A stretch of 64,000 bases of DNA from Patescibacteria group bacterium (lineage in GTDB: Bacteria; Patescibacteriota; Microgenomatia; UBA1400; PJMF01), in the NCBI GenBank assembly GCA_016861085.1, contig BOKR01000001.1, positions 387,271 through 451,270 on the forward strand. The letters are read 5' to 3'. The position numbers and the translations under genes are program-made. How positions within the stretch are numbered: position 1 is the stretch's first letter; the number at the start of each line of letters is the position of its first letter. The notes under the pieces were generated by a model. The model had not been told where the DNA came from. It was given only the letters and a program-made list of their open reading frames with translations, and searched no databases. This document shows, piece by piece, positions 46,438-57,201 of this stretch.

Positions 46438-47364
46438 CTACCTCAATTTTGCCAACTCTGTAAAGAAGTGTACCACAATTTTTGATAAACGATTCTTGAC
46501 TTCAGCCGAATTCAAGATTTCTTGAACTTCTTCATGGTTTGTGGCATTTACTCCTTCTTTAGTAATAGTGTTGGTGATACAAGAAAATCCCACTACTTTC
46601 ATATTACGATTCTTTGCCACAATGACTTCCGCCGTAGTAGACATACCAACTGCATCAGCGCCAAAACCATCTCTAAAAGCTAAACACTCCCCTTCGGTCT
46701 CATAGGTTGGTCCTGTCACAGACAAGTATGTGCCACTGTGAATATTAGCTGCAAATTCTTCACCAGCTTTGAGCAATAGCTCTTGGTATTGTTTGTTATA
46801 TGCCCCGTTCATAGGCTGAAATTGCCAAACCTGAGAATTATCACCTACTCTGCTAAACGAGCGACTCGGGCCAAGCAGTACATTTGGCAATAAGTTAATA
46901 TGAGATTTCAAAACCATCAAGTCTCCTACCGTATAGTTTGTGTTTAAGCCGCCGGCTGCGTTGGTGACAAAATAATTCGCAATTCCTAATTCAGCCATGA
47001 CGTGCACTGCAAAAACTGATTTCAAAATACCGTTATTGAATGGTTCGTGGGCAACTTCGTAAAAATGTTTTCTGCCTTTCAAACCAATGATTGGTACTCC
47101 TGCTAGTTTTCCGAGTATCAAAGTTCCTTCATGCCCTGGAACTGTAGTTGTAGGAAAATTTGGAATCTCGCTATATGGAATTGTAATAGTGTCGGAAATT
47201 TGGTGCGCAAGTTCACCTAAGCCCGAGCCCAATGTAATAGCAAACACCGGTTGTTCACAATTATTTTTTTTAATAACGGCTTGGATATATGCTGCTGCTT
47301 GCGCAACAAGTTGTTCGTAATTTTGAAAGTACTCGAAATACTGTTGCAATGAATTATCTATCAT
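46438..47364 (-). CDS. Purine nucleoside / methylthioadenosine phosphorylase (trimeric PNP family, PunA/MtnP-like)
   Basis: Motifs ITLGSGLGE (phosphate-binding), GMSTTAEVIVA, and a C-terminal N..E region typical of PNP family 2. Confidence 0.8.
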   Translation of the reverse strand: MIDNSLQQYFEYFQNYEQLVAQAAAYIQAVIKKNNCEQPVFAITLGSGLGELAHQISDTITIPYSEIPNFPTTTVPGHEGTLILGKLAGVPIIGLKGRKHFYEVAHEPFNNGILKSVFAVHVMAELGIANYFVTNAAGGLNTNYTVGDLMVLKSHINLLPNVLLGPSRSFSRVGDNSQVWQFQPMNGAYNKQYQELLLKAGEEFAANIHSGTYLSVTGPTYETEGECLAFRDGFGADAVGMSTTAEVIVAKNRNMKVVGFSCITNTITKEGVNATNHEEVQEILNSAEVKNRLSKIVVHFFTELAKLR

Positions 47365-47368
47365 ACTG

Positions 47369-48079
47369 CTATTTTACAGCATGGACTTCAATAACATGAT
47401 CGACAATATCTGAAATTTGTGCTCTCATAAAGTCTGAGTATAGTTGTTCTTTATATGCTTCTCTATGGTTTATTCTGAACCCAGCTTGTTTTAAGTGATC
47501 AGTAATTGATTGTACTGTGTGGAAGTATCTTTTTTCGGTGAAAACTAATTTTCCATTTGAATCTTTATGCGGAATAGAAGTAATTTTGGTTATGGGATCA
47601 AAAGTTATGTCGTTTTTATCAGGTATATTCTTTGTTGACCTTACAACTACAAAAAGTCTACCTCCAGGCTTTAGTATTCTAAAAAAATCATTAAGAACAT
47701 TCGTCAAATCTTCAAGTGGAAGATAGTGAAGTACTAAACGTGCATAGATGAAATTAAAAAAATTATTAGGGTAAATACCTACTTTTCGTAGGTCTTCTAG
47801 TCTGGCATCTATTTGGTTATCTAGTCCGATTTCTGCGATGATTTTTTGAGCAAATAATAAACCTTCTTGATCAATGGTTGTGGCAATTATTTTTCTTCTT
47901 TGGTTACTTTGAGCCATCCTTATTTCAGCAAATCCAGCAGTACTAATACCAGGGCTGAATATATTTAGATCTCTAGGTTTAAGTAGTGCAAGTCCATGCT
48001 CTTCGCTTATTGAAGGTTTTGCTCCCAATTCTTGTAAAATTTCAATGGCACTCAGCTCTTTTAAATGTTTTTTCATCAA
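47369..48079 (-). CDS. Class I SAM-dependent methyltransferase co-transcribed with ftsZ
   Basis: [12 protein letters not shown] (motif post-II/III) and Rossmann-like pattern. Start overlaps the ftsZ stop (ATGA). Confidence 0.6.
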   Translation of the reverse strand: MMKKHLKELSAIEILQELGAKPSISEEHGLALLKPRDLNIFSPGISTAGFAEIRMAQSNQRRKIIATTIDQEGLLFAQKIIAEIGLDNQIDARLEDLRKVGIYPNNFFNFIYARLVLHYLPLEDLTNVLNDFFRILKPGGRLFVVVRSTKNIPDKNDITFDPITKITSIPHKDSNGKLVFTEKRYFHTVQSITDHLKQAGFRINHREAYKEQLYSDFMRAQISDIVDHVIEVHAVK

Positions 48080-49446
48080 TCAGAGGTTTTTTTTCTTCTC
48101 AAAAAGGCAGGAATTTCAAACTCATCTTCAAAAGCACCAAGTAATGATTTCTTCTTTGGTACTTCTTCTGGTTGCTGTTCGTCTTCAGACATCTTAGAGG
48201 TGAATGAATTATTTTCTTGTGTGTCCGGTTCTGGTCGTAGTGGGTTGATCGCTTTAAACCCGCTTCGGACAGTATCTCCAAAAGCCTGTGATTTTACAAA
48301 TGGTTGAGATGCATCAGTTTTGGTAGCGGTCATCTGCTGTGTTGTTAACGGTTGAGTAAAACCAGTTGGAGTTCTATCAAACTTTGGAGTTTGTGGTTCA
48401 GCTGGTTGAGCTGGCTCCTGTTGTAATCGTTGTCTGGAATCTCGGCCATATGCACCGAACAATGGTCTATTGGTTGGCATGGAAACGCCACCATTATCAA
48501 ATCCAGTGGCAATGACACTGATTTTAATTCTGTTGCCCATGTTTTCATCAATGGTTGCCCCAAAAATGATGTTTGCATCTGGGTCAGCAGCGTTTGAAAT
48601 AATGGTAGAGGCATCTGAAACTTCACTCATGGACATATCTGGTCCACCAATGATGTTGTATAAAATTCCCTTTGCTCCATCAATAGAAACTTCTAAAAGT
48701 GGAGAAGCAATTGCCATTCGAGCTGCAGTTACCGCACGATTTTCACCAGAAGCCTCACCAATGCCCATCAGTGCAGAACCAGATTCAGACATAATGGTTT
48801 TAACGTCAGCAAAGTCAACGTTAATCATACCGGGAATGGTAATAAGGTCAGAAATTCCCTGTACACCCTGACCAAGCACATTATCCGCAAGTCTAAATGC
48901 ATCCAAGAAAGTCATTTTTTTGTCTACTACATCCATTAATCTTTGATTTGGAATCACAATTAAGGTATCAACAGCATCTTTTAAGTTAGCGATACCTTCT
49001 TCAGCAGTGAGCATTCTCTTTTTACCTTCAAAGGCAAATGGTTTAGTAACAACAGCTACAGTCAAGGCACCAGCTTCACGGGCAATTTCAGCAATTACTG
49101 GAGAAGCACCGGTTCCGGTACCACCACCCATACCTGCAGTAATGAATACCATATCGGTGTCAAAGAGCAATTCTTTAAGTTTCTCATACGACTCTTCTGC
49201 AGCGGTTCTTCCAACATCGGGATCAGCACCCGAACCCAGCCCTTTTGTGAAATTTGCTCCAATTTGCAATTTTGTATCGGCTTTTGAAGTGAGCAGTGCT
49301 TGCGCGTCGGTATTGACCGCAATAAACTCAACGCCGTTGATTTGTTTGGAATCAATCATTGAGTTAACAGCGTTGCCACCACCGCCACCAGCTCCGATAA
49401 CTTTTATCTTTGCGAACGTTGTATTGTTTGGTTTTACGAGTGCCAT
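48076..49446 (-). CDS. ftsZ: Cell division GTPase FtsZ with long disordered linker and conserved C-terminal peptide
   Basis: Tubulin signature [21 protein letters not shown]7 loop NVDFADV, C-terminal ..[12 protein letters not shown]. Confidence 0.95.
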   Translation of the reverse strand: MALVKPNNTTFAKIKVIGAGGGGGNAVNSMIDSKQINGVEFIAVNTDAQALLTSKADTKLQIGANFTKGLGSGADPDVGRTAAEESYEKLKELLFDTDMVFITAGMGGGTGTGASPVIAEIAREAGALTVAVVTKPFAFEGKKRMLTAEEGIANLKDAVDTLIVIPNQRLMDVVDKKMTFLDAFRLADNVLGQGVQGISDLITIPGMINVDFADVKTIMSESGSALMGIGEASGENRAVTAARMAIASPLLEVSIDGAKGILYNIIGGPDMSMSEVSDASTIISNAADPDANIIFGATIDENMGNRIKISVIATGFDNGGVSMPTNRPLFGAYGRDSRQRLQQEPAQPAEPQTPKFDRTPTGFTQPLTTQQMTATKTDASQPFVKSQAFGDTVRSGFKAINPLRPEPDTQENNSFTSKMSEDEQQPEEVPKKKSLLGAFEDEFEIPAFLRRKKTSD

Positions 49447-49503
49447 ATGTTACCTTTTGGAACAAAGTGTATCACTAAATGAATAGAAACAGCAAGGGCA
49501 AAA

Positions 49504-50838
49504 TTACGGCATGAGCGATTTAAAAAGCTCACCAATTTTGCTTGGTAGAGAACCTAAGGAAAAACCCTTAAATATTGATCCAAAACTGAAGTTGCTTATT
49601 GTGCCAGCACCTTTTTGTTTTTTGCCTAAATGTAAAAGACCAATGCTTGTAGCGTACTCAGGTTTGGTAATGTCATTAGTTAAGCCCTGCAGTTCAAGAG
49701 GTTTTCCGACTCGAGCAGAAAGGTTAAGTTCTCGTTTGGCAATTTCTGCAATCTTGGTGGTTTGGGCACCACCCCCGGTTATAACAACGCCAGCCGGGAT
49801 TAATGGAAACAAATTCTCAGCTTTGAGACGTTCACCAACTAGAGAAAAAATTTCTTGCACTCTTGGGAGCATAATTTTTTCAACGATGTCTTTTTTTGAG
49901 AAACTTTCTGAGTTTTCGTTGACACTCTCAAAGTCAGATAACTTCAATTTATCTGCTTTTTCTTTGCGTTTGTTAAAATCTTGTTTTGATTCCCCTGCTA
50001 ATGGCATTATCGGGGCAAAAGCTTCTTTGGACAAGGCAATTTTGATTTTTTCGGCGCTATCTAGACTAACTTTACAACCTAAAGCAATATCTTGTGTGAT
50101 GTGTCGAGCACCAACTGGTAGTGAAGCTGAGTATTCAAGTGAACCGTCAACATAGACACACAATGAGGTAGACCCAGCCCCAATATCAACAACTGCTACC
50201 CCAAGTTCTTTTTCTGTTTCTGATAGCACTACAGAGGCAGATGCCAATCCAGAAAAAATAAAGCCATCTACTTGTAAGCCAAGATCAAGCACACATTTTT
50301 TCATATTTTTTAGAACAGCAGAAAGGCCAGTAATGATATGCGCTTCTGATTCAAGCCTGACGCCCGTCATACCGATTGGATCTTTAATGCCTTCTTGTGA
50401 ATCAACTTTAAAATCTTTGGGAATGACATGAATGATCTCTCTTTCAGAGGAAAGTGAAATGGCTCGAGCTGCTTCAATAACACGCTCTACATCAAGTGCG
50501 TTGATTTCTTTGTTAGGTGAAGCAACAGCAACCACGCCTTTTGAATTTTGAGATGAAACATGTGTACCCGAAATAGACACAAAAGCACTTTTTACCTCAA
50601 CGCCTGCCATTCTTTCAGCACCATCTAAACTTTCAGTGATTGTCTCTAGCACTTGTTCTAAATCAATAATTTGGCTGCGTTTCATACCTCTCGAGTGAAC
50701 GGCAGCTACTCCCATTACTCGAAGGGAATCATTTGGCTCCTCAACCGAGGCTATTAGGGTAACACATTTATCAGTTCCAACATCGATTGCTGTAATAATT
50801 CTATTTCTTGTCATAATTTTGTATATATAGAATAGCAA
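49504..50838 (-). CDS. ftsA: Cell division protein FtsA (actin-like ATPase)
   Basis: IITAIDVGTDK (phosphate 1), VVDIGAGSTSLCVY (phosphate 2), GGGAQT (adenosine motif). True start may be Met-9. Confidence 0.9.
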   Translation of the reverse strand: MLFYIYKIMTRNRIITAIDVGTDKCVTLIASVEEPNDSLRVMGVAAVHSRGMKRSQIIDLEQVLETITESLDGAERMAGVEVKSAFVSISGTHVSSQNSKGVVAVASPNKEINALDVERVIEAARAISLSSEREIIHVIPKDFKVDSQEGIKDPIGMTGVRLESEAHIITGLSAVLKNMKKCVLDLGLQVDGFIFSGLASASVVLSETEKELGVAVVDIGAGSTSLCVYVDGSLEYSASLPVGARHITQDIALGCKVSLDSAEKIKIALSKEAFAPIMPLAGESKQDFNKRKEKADKLKLSDFESVNENSESFSKKDIVEKIMLPRVQEIFSLVGERLKAENLFPLIPAGVVITGGGAQTTKIAEIAKRELNLSARVGKPLELQGLTNDITKPEYATSIGLLHLGKKQKGAGTISNFSFGSIFKGFSLGSLPSKIGELFKSLMP

Positions 50839-50840
50839 AT

Positions 50841-51527
50841 TTATTGACGTGTGCGAAGTACAGGTAAATCAAATCGCATATCGATTTCTAAAATTGGTTC
50901 CTCGATTTCGTCTATTTCTCTTGCAGTTATAATTGTATCAACTTTTTTGATTTGCGTCTGTATGCTTTGTTTGTCAAAGATAAAGAGAGGTTGACCTTCA
51001 AGTTCTAAGAGTATTTCTGTGTCTGAATTCCAGATTAGTCTGTGATGTTCAACTACAGATTTTGAAAGAGTCTCTGCAACAGGAAGAAATATCTTGTGGT
51101 ATTCAGTTATCACTGCGTTATCTGCTAAAACCACCGCATCATGTTTCCACTCAATTATTACGATTTTTGTTTCATTTGACTGTGCTGGCAAAGTAATTCC
51201 TGTGTCTCCCACTTCTTTTTTTTCTCCTGCAACAAGCAGCGCATATTTGACTTGTTCTTGTTTAAAGGTAAGTTGTATTGTTCCAGGAAACTTTTTTGAA
51301 ACAGATTCTAGAATATAGACAAGCCCAGTTGGTTGCTGTTTTAAAAGTTCCTTCTCAAAATTACTAAAAAAGAACGATTTATTTTTAAGACTGTCTGCTG
51401 TATTTTGTAAGTCTTGAGGGCATGCAGTGGAGTCAACACTACACTCAACCGCTGAGATTGGGGTAAAAGCTAAGAATAAGATTGTAGTTGTGAGTGCTAA
51501 TGGTACAACAACTGAATGTAATTTCAT
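50841..51527 (-). CDS. FtsQ/DivIB-like membrane-anchored protein (assignment by position)
   Basis: N-terminal signal-anchor followed by a 200-aa beta-rich periplasmic domain. Sits between murG and ftsA, where ftsQ sits in dcw clusters. Confidence 0.4.
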   Translation of the reverse strand: MKLHSVVVPLALTTTILFLAFTPISAVECSVDSTACPQDLQNTADSLKNKSFFFSNFEKELLKQQPTGLVYILESVSKKFPGTIQLTFKQEQVKYALLVAGEKKEVGDTGITLPAQSNETKIVIIEWKHDAVVLADNAVITEYHKIFLPVAETLSKSVVEHHRLIWNSDTEILLELEGQPLFIFDKQSIQTQIKKVDTIITAREIDEIEEPILEIDMRFDLPVLRTRQ

Positions 51528-52648
51528 TTTTCTTGAATGAGCGATTCTGCCAATTCGTATAGTTTCTTTTCTGAGTGTTTAATTTTAGAAAACAGTTGTA
51601 AATTTCTTGAAAATTTTCGATGATATTTTTGAATTAAGTCAGTTGCTTCTAAAAGTACTTCAGGAGTTAAGTTTTTCTGTTCAAGCAGAATGGCTTGTTT
51701 ATTGTTGCTGAGTGCTTGCGCATTTTTTAGTTGTTCATCATTGTGTGAAAACGGCAAAGGTATTAATACTGCTGGTATCTTATTGAGTGCTATTTCCTCT
51801 GTAGTGTTTGCTCCAGATCTTGAAATCACACCTTCAGCATTTGAGTAAATCCAAGCAAGCTCATCTTTTGTTATCCATTCGCGGATATAATAATTCTCCT
51901 GGTTTGCTTGAGAAAGTTGATTTTTGGCAGCTGTAAGTTCTTTGAGATAACTCGTGGTTCCTGATGGTTTTCCACACTGATGAATCACAACCCAGTTTTT
52001 GAGTAGTGGTTTGAGTATCTGGGAAACAGTTCTATTGATAATTTCTGACCCTTGGCTGCCCCCTGTGATGTATAACAACGGTTTTGTTGGCTTTTTTTGC
52101 ATCCACTCTGGTAACACCTTACTTGTCTGGAGTACAGCCTGTCTGATTAGGTTGCCTGTTAGTACAGTTCTTGATTTTGGGAAATACGTTTCACTTTCTT
52201 TGTAAGAAATAGCTATCTTGTTAGCAAACTTAGAAATAATGGTATTAGCTATGCCAGCTGTTCTTGTTTGTTCATGCGTAACGACCGGCACTCTCATAAT
52301 CCAACAAGCAATTGCTACAGGGATTGCTAGATACCCACCAAAACTTACAAAAATGTCAGGTTTTTCTTTTGCAATGAGAGTTGTTGTTTTTACTGCCTTT
52401 AATAACAACGAAGGAATACTAATAATCTTAGCTAGTAATGTGTTTTGGGTTAGTTTTACTGAAGTGAAAGGTATAAACCGAACACCGAGTTTTTCAATCT
52501 CTGTTTTTTCTTGCGAGATCTGTTGCTTATTTTTTTTGCTGTACAATCTACCAATAAAAATAATTTCATCTGAAGGATGTTCTTTTTGAATGTATTCGAT
52601 GAATGCAAGAGCTGGTGTGAGGTGACCTCCAGAAATCAGTAATTTCAT
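51524..52648 (-). CDS. murG: UDP-GlcNAc:undecaprenyl-PP-MurNAc-pentapeptide GlcNAc transferase
   Basis: MKLLISGGHLTPALAF (G-loop 1) and ITGGSQGSEIIN (G-loop 2). Start at the internal Met so its stop/start overlap ftsW (ATGA). Confidence 0.85.
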   Translation of the reverse strand: MKLLISGGHLTPALAFIEYIQKEHPSDEIIFIGRLYSKKNKQQISQEKTEIEKLGVRFIPFTSVKLTQNTLLAKIISIPSLLLKAVKTTTLIAKEKPDIFVSFGGYLAIPVAIACWIMRVPVVTHEQTRTAGIANTIISKFANKIAISYKESETYFPKSRTVLTGNLIRQAVLQTSKVLPEWMQKKPTKPLLYITGGSQGSEIINRTVSQILKPLLKNWVVIHQCGKPSGTTSYLKELTAAKNQLSQANQENYYIREWITKDELAWIYSNAEGVISRSGANTTEEIALNKIPAVLIPLPFSHNDEQLKNAQALSNNKQAILLEQKNLTPEVLLEATDLIQKYHRKFSRNLQLFSKIKHSEKKLYELAESLIQEK

Positions 52649-53706
52649 GCTTTTTTTCCTATTCGTATCAGTATGCCTGTAGCAAATAGTACCATAACTA
52701 ATGAAGATCTTCCGTACGAGATGAATGGTAGTGGCACACCTGTAAGAGGGACTAACCCCACAACTGCGCTTAAATTTAAGATGATTTGTAGTCCAATCCA
52801 CAAAATTATACCAATTCCCAGTAGCTGTATTGTTGTAGGTTGTTCAGAGTCTGATACTAACTTGAATGCCGCAAATAAAAACACTGAATACAACGCAAAT
52901 ATGAGAAGTGAACCAATAAAGCCAATTTCCTCAGCTATGATAGCAAAGATTGAGTCAGTACTTGCTTCAGGAATGTATGAAAATTTTTGTTGAGATTCAC
53001 CGATTCCTTGACCAGTAAGTCCTCCTCTTCCTAGTGCTAAAGTAATTTGCCTGATATGAAAACTGGCTCCCAATGGATCTGATTCTGGATTAAGAAATGT
53101 GGTGACTCTATTGAGTCTGTATGGAGAGGAAACTATGGCAATAACTAATAGTGGTAGTCCGATAGCTGCTAGGATGAGCAGATTTTTTATTTTTCCTCCA
53201 GCAACAAAGTATAAAGCACAGGCTATGGCAGTTACTACAAGTAATGATCCCAGATCTGGTTGCAAAATAACGAGTACAGCCGGGATCGCTGTTAAAAATA
53301 AAAAAGGTCCAAAACGCTGGTGTTTACTCAACCAATGTGCGTAGAAAGCAATCATGGCAAACTTAAAAAACTCAATTGATTGAAATCCAATTCCAGCTAT
53401 TGAAATCCATCTTCTAGCTCCATTTAATGAAAGTCCAATGCCCGGGATAAAAACCAATATAAGTAATAGTATGCCGATACAGTACAAAATAGGTGATACT
53501 TTTACCCAAATTTTTGGTGACATAAACAGGCCAATGAAAAAAGCAACTACTGCAAAGGCAAGCCCTATTATGTGTTGGATTAAGTAATGGTATTGATTGC
53601 CAAAGGTTACAAAGCTTTCTGCAGTAGAAGATTCAAAAACAAATACAACTCCAATTATGGTTAGCAAAACAGCTGTCAAAAAAACAACAAATCGATGATT
53701 CTTCAT
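52645..53706 (-). CDS. ftsW: SEDS-family cell division protein FtsW
   Basis: FtsW/RodA signature ...PEASTDSIFAI..EE.G..G...PLPFISYGRSS. Position between mraY and murG. Confidence 0.85.
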   Translation of the reverse strand: MKNHRFVVFLTAVLLTIIGVVFVFESSTAESFVTFGNQYHYLIQHIIGLAFAVVAFFIGLFMSPKIWVKVSPILYCIGILLLILVFIPGIGLSLNGARRWISIAGIGFQSIEFFKFAMIAFYAHWLSKHQRFGPFLFLTAIPAVLVILQPDLGSLLVVTAIACALYFVAGGKIKNLLILAAIGLPLLVIAIVSSPYRLNRVTTFLNPESDPLGASFHIRQITLALGRGGLTGQGIGESQQKFSYIPEASTDSIFAIIAEEIGFIGSLLIFALYSVFLFAAFKLVSDSEQPTTIQLLGIGIILWIGLQIILNLSAVVGLVPLTGVPLPFISYGRSSLVMVLFATGILIRIGKKA

Positions 53707-53709
53707 GCT

Positions 53710-54753
53710 CTATAAAACCGCAAGCCAAACACCAAAAAGTGTTAGCATTATTTGTACAAGCCAGGCCCTTTGTACAATTTTTGGTTCCTCCCACCCATAT
53801 CTTTGTAATGAAAGATGAAATGGAGCAGCAGGGAATAGTTTCTTTTTGAAAAATTTCTTTGAAATCAGTTGCACTAAAGAGGTAAAGATCTCAAATACAA
53901 AGATGAATCCAATCACTACAAGGGCAATAGTTTTCCCCAAAAGTAGTCCAATGACTGCTAGAGTAGCTCCAAATGCAAGTGATCCTACATCTCCCATAAA
54001 TAAACGAGCTGGAAAGACGTTGAAGTATAAAAATGAGATCAAAGAACCGATAAGCAGTGCTAAGAAGATTGCCAATGGAACATCAAGTATTTTTGAAGAT
54101 AAAAACCATAATCCAAATAGAGAAATCATCAGAGTTCCTGATGCAAGCCCGTCAAGTCCGTCAGTGATATTAACAGCATTGGCGAATGCGACAATGGTAA
54201 AGGTTGCAAATGGTACATATAAAACTCCAAGCTCAAAAGTGCCAATGAATGGAATATGCAAAATAGAGATACCTAGGTTGTTATAGAGCATCCAACTGAT
54301 GATTGAGCCTAAAAGAATCTCTAAGATTAGTTTATGTTTCATTCTCAAACCAAAAAAACCAGAAGATTTGAATTTAAAAAATTTCTTAATATCGTCGTAT
54401 AATCCCAAAACACCAAAAGATAAAAATGTAAAAAATAGAATATTTATTTCACTTTGGACATCACTGTAATTAGTGGTAACAACAATGCCAAATTTTTGGA
54501 TAAGTGGAATAAGTAAAGCAAATAAAGTTGAGACTATTCCTATCACCAATAAACCACCACCAACTGGAACGCCAGCTTTTTTTTCGTGAAATTTATTGAA
54601 AATTGGAGTAAGAACACCAAATGCATCTCTGGTGTCTTGTTGGGCTCTGAGGAACTTTAATTTATACAGGAGATCAATGAACGGGACAATAGCAATACTT
54701 GTAAGAATAAATGACAAAATAAGAACACTTAATAGTAAAGCAAGTGAGTTCAT
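53710..54753 (-). CDS. mraY: Phospho-N-acetylmuramoyl-pentapeptide transferase
   Basis: NAVNITDGLDGLA (DDxxD-like), ...FMGDVGSL.., 10 TM. Confidence 0.9.
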   Translation of the reverse strand: MNSLALLLSVLILSFILTSIAIVPFIDLLYKLKFLRAQQDTRDAFGVLTPIFNKFHEKKAGVPVGGGLLVIGIVSTLFALLIPLIQKFGIVVTTNYSDVQSEINILFFTFLSFGVLGLYDDIKKFFKFKSSGFFGLRMKHKLILEILLGSIISWMLYNNLGISILHIPFIGTFELGVLYVPFATFTIVAFANAVNITDGLDGLASGTLMISLFGLWFLSSKILDVPLAIFLALLIGSLISFLYFNVFPARLFMGDVGSLAFGATLAVIGLLLGKTIALVVIGFIFVFEIFTSLVQLISKKFFKKKLFPAAPFHLSLQRYGWEEPKIVQRAWLVQIMLTLFGVWLAVL

Positions 54754-54768
54754 ATAATAGCTATTCTA

Positions 54769-56085
54769 TTACTTTCTGAGTATCTTTGCACCCATAGATT
54801 TGAGTCGTTCATCAAGATCTTCATAGCCACGATCAACGTGTTCAATCCCTTTAACGATTGAAGTTCCTTCAGCGGTCATTGCTGCAAGAATAATTGTTGC
54901 TCCGTGCCTCAGGTCTTTGACTGTAAATTCACCAGCTCTGAGTTTTGTTGATCCAGTGATTTTAATTGCATGCATATTACTTGGCTCGTCATCTTTAAGA
55001 TCAAAGTTATACACTTCCTCAGGGTGATCAATTTTTGGGTTAAATTTTTCAATATTTGCTCCCATTTTATTGAGTTCGTCAACGTATTGAAACCGATTTG
55101 GCATAATCGTTTCGTGCAGAATACTTGTACCTTCACACTGTGTCAGTACTGTAGCTATCAGAGGTTGCCAGTCAGTCATAAATCCAGGTTCGATCTCGGT
55201 TGTGATGTCGCAAGCTCGTAACGGCCCTTTGTAAAAAAATCTGATGCCATAATTACCAACTTCAAATCCTGCCCCAATTTCTTCTAATTTTTTTAGGAAT
55301 GCATTCATATGTTCATGTCTAGCATTTTCTATGATAACGTCACCCTTTGTGGCGATGGCTGCACATGCATAACTAACCGCCTCGTTTCTATCGGGAATGA
55401 TTTTATGAATTGCGCCATGCAATGTTTCTACACCTTCGATTTCAATAACACGATATGCTCTTCTTCTGATCCTGGCTCCCATTTCATTGAGGTACTCAAT
55501 GAGGTCATCAATCTCTGGTTCCAGCGCAGCATTTTCAAGGATAGTGATACCTTTAGCCTTGACTGCAGCCATGATCAAAGTTTCTGTTCCGGTATGTGAA
55601 TTTTTACTAAATCGATATGTTGTTCCAGTGAGCTGTTTAGCTTTTGCCACGTACATTCCATTTTCGAAGGTTACCTTGGCTCCTAGAGCTTTGAGGCCAT
55701 CAAAGTGCCTGTCTAACGGGCGCTTACCAATTTTATCTCCACCTGGAGCTGGGACTCTGGCTTCTCCAAATCTTGCTAAAAGTGGGGGAATAAACATAGT
55801 CGAAAATCTGCCCTGTTCTCCATGGGCAGGGTCTATTTCAAAACTGTTCAGGCCTGTTGGATCTATAAAGATTGCGCGTTCACCTGCTCTTTTTGTTTTT
55901 CCGCCCAAATAGTCGATAATTTTTGCAACCAACTCAACATCGCTTATTCTTGAAAAATTAAGCAATCGTGATTCCGAATCAGCCAGTAAAGAAGCAATCA
56001 TTAACTTATATGAAGCATTTTTTGCTCCACCAATTCTGACTGAACCATGTAGTGGTATTCCACCGGTGACATGAAATTCTGGCAT
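54769..56085 (-). CDS. murA: UDP-N-acetylglucosamine 1-carboxyvinyltransferase
   Basis: GGAKNASYKLMIASLLA, catalytic Cys region ...KPLDRHF.., EPSP-synthase fold length. Confidence 0.9.
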   Translation of the reverse strand: MPEFHVTGGIPLHGSVRIGGAKNASYKLMIASLLADSESRLLNFSRISDVELVAKIIDYLGGKTKRAGERAIFIDPTGLNSFEIDPAHGEQGRFSTMFIPPLLARFGEARVPAPGGDKIGKRPLDRHFDGLKALGAKVTFENGMYVAKAKQLTGTTYRFSKNSHTGTETLIMAAVKAKGITILENAALEPEIDDLIEYLNEMGARIRRRAYRVIEIEGVETLHGAIHKIIPDRNEAVSYACAAIATKGDVIIENARHEHMNAFLKKLEEIGAGFEVGNYGIRFFYKGPLRACDITTEIEPGFMTDWQPLIATVLTQCEGTSILHETIMPNRFQYVDELNKMGANIEKFNPKIDHPEEVYNFDLKDDEPSNMHAIKITGSTKLRAGEFTVKDLRHGATIILAAMTAEGTSIVKGIEHVDRGYEDLDERLKSMGAKILRK

Positions 56086-56111
56086 ATGACCTACTTTCTA
56101 AAAGGTTTGTT

Positions 56112-57200
56112 TTACACAATACCTGCTAATTCTGACTTTTTAAATCCTAAAAAAAATATCTCTGGTTTGAGTTTAACACCAGTTTTTCGTTCTGTCTGTG
56201 AGATCACAGTGCGGATAACCTCAAGGTATTCTTTTGCAGTAGCATTACCAACATTTTCAATAAAAGCACCATGTTTTTCTGAAATTTTAGCATCTCCAAT
56301 TTGGAAACCCTTTTTGTTAAGAACATGTTCTACTATGTAGCCAACGCTAGTTGTCGGGTATCCTAATTTATCTTTTACCTCATTACTAATGTTTTGAAAA
56401 ACGCATCCAAGGGATCGTTGTGGTTGAATTGCTTTTCTCACTGCCCATTCTCGGGCTACATATGCAGCCTTTTGGGTATCTCCTTTGTATAATGAAAACA
56501 CAGCTGAGACAATGGTTTCATCAGTTTCGTGGAATCTTGAAACGTCATATCCTGCTTTAAGTTCTGATTTATCTAATACTCGACTCTTGCCTTGCTCATC
56601 AATAACAGCAATTGACTTAATGACTTCTGAAATAAAATGAGTACCACCATGAATATTGTTATAAATCGCACCACCAACAGTGGCAGGAATTCTTGAGTAC
56701 CATTGCAACCCTGTAATTCCCTGTTGAATCAAAATATTGATTGCGTACGGAAGGGAAACCCCAGAGTCAAGCTCAACAAGCACGCGTTCCGCTTCTGATT
56801 CATCATAATCAAGGTCGGAAAATTCATAGGTAAATGTTCCTTTTTGTGAGTCAGATTGCCAACGAGCGGCAATACGTTCTTGTTCTTGTTGGTTGAATGT
56901 ACGAGTGGTATGACCTTCAGAATCAAGAATAGTAATAGTTTGTGACGTATTTCTGACAACCAATCCAGTAATTCCACTATCAGAAATCAGTGTATTTGCA
57001 CCCCAACCAAGCAAAGTGAGTGGTAAGTTATTTTTGCGCATGAATGATACCAGGGCAATAAAATCCTGGCTATTTTTGGTTTCGCAGTATAGTTCAGCAG
57101 GACCCCCAATTTTCACGGTCGTATGTTGCGCCAATGGATATTGTTCTTTGAATTCAAGTTGTGGAAACTGTGATTGTAATTTGGCTAATAATTCAGACAT
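56112..57200 (-). CDS. murB: UDP-N-acetylenolpyruvoylglucosamine reductase
   Basis: FAD-binding PCMH domain (..TTVKIGGPAELY..; TLLGWGANTLISD) and C-terminal substrate domain. Has an extra insertion relative to typical MurB. Confidence 0.85.
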   Translation of the reverse strand: MSELLAKLQSQFPQLEFKEQYPLAQHTTVKIGGPAELYCETKNSQDFIALVSFMRKNNLPLTLLGWGANTLISDSGITGLVVRNTSQTITILDSEGHTTRTFNQQEQERIAARWQSDSQKGTFTYEFSDLDYDESEAERVLVELDSGVSLPYAINILIQQGITGLQWYSRIPATVGGAIYNNIHGGTHFISEVIKSIAVIDEQGKSRVLDKSELKAGYDVSRFHETDETIVSAVFSLYKGDTQKAAYVAREWAVRKAIQPQRSLGCVFQNISNEVKDKLGYPTTSVGYIVEHVLNKKGFQIGDAKISEKHGAFIENVGNATAKEYLEVIRTVISQTERKTGVKLKPEIFFLGFKKSELAGIV

Positions 57201-57201
57201 A

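Noticed and set aside
51524-52801. Long N-terminal extension of murG (425-aa ORF starting MDWTTNHLKF...)
   Set aside because: The conserved MurG G-loop begins right after the internal MKLLISGGHLT. That Met places the start in an ATGA overlap with the ftsW stop, as at other junctions in the cluster. The upstream 51 codons are read-through of the ftsW 3' end in another frame.
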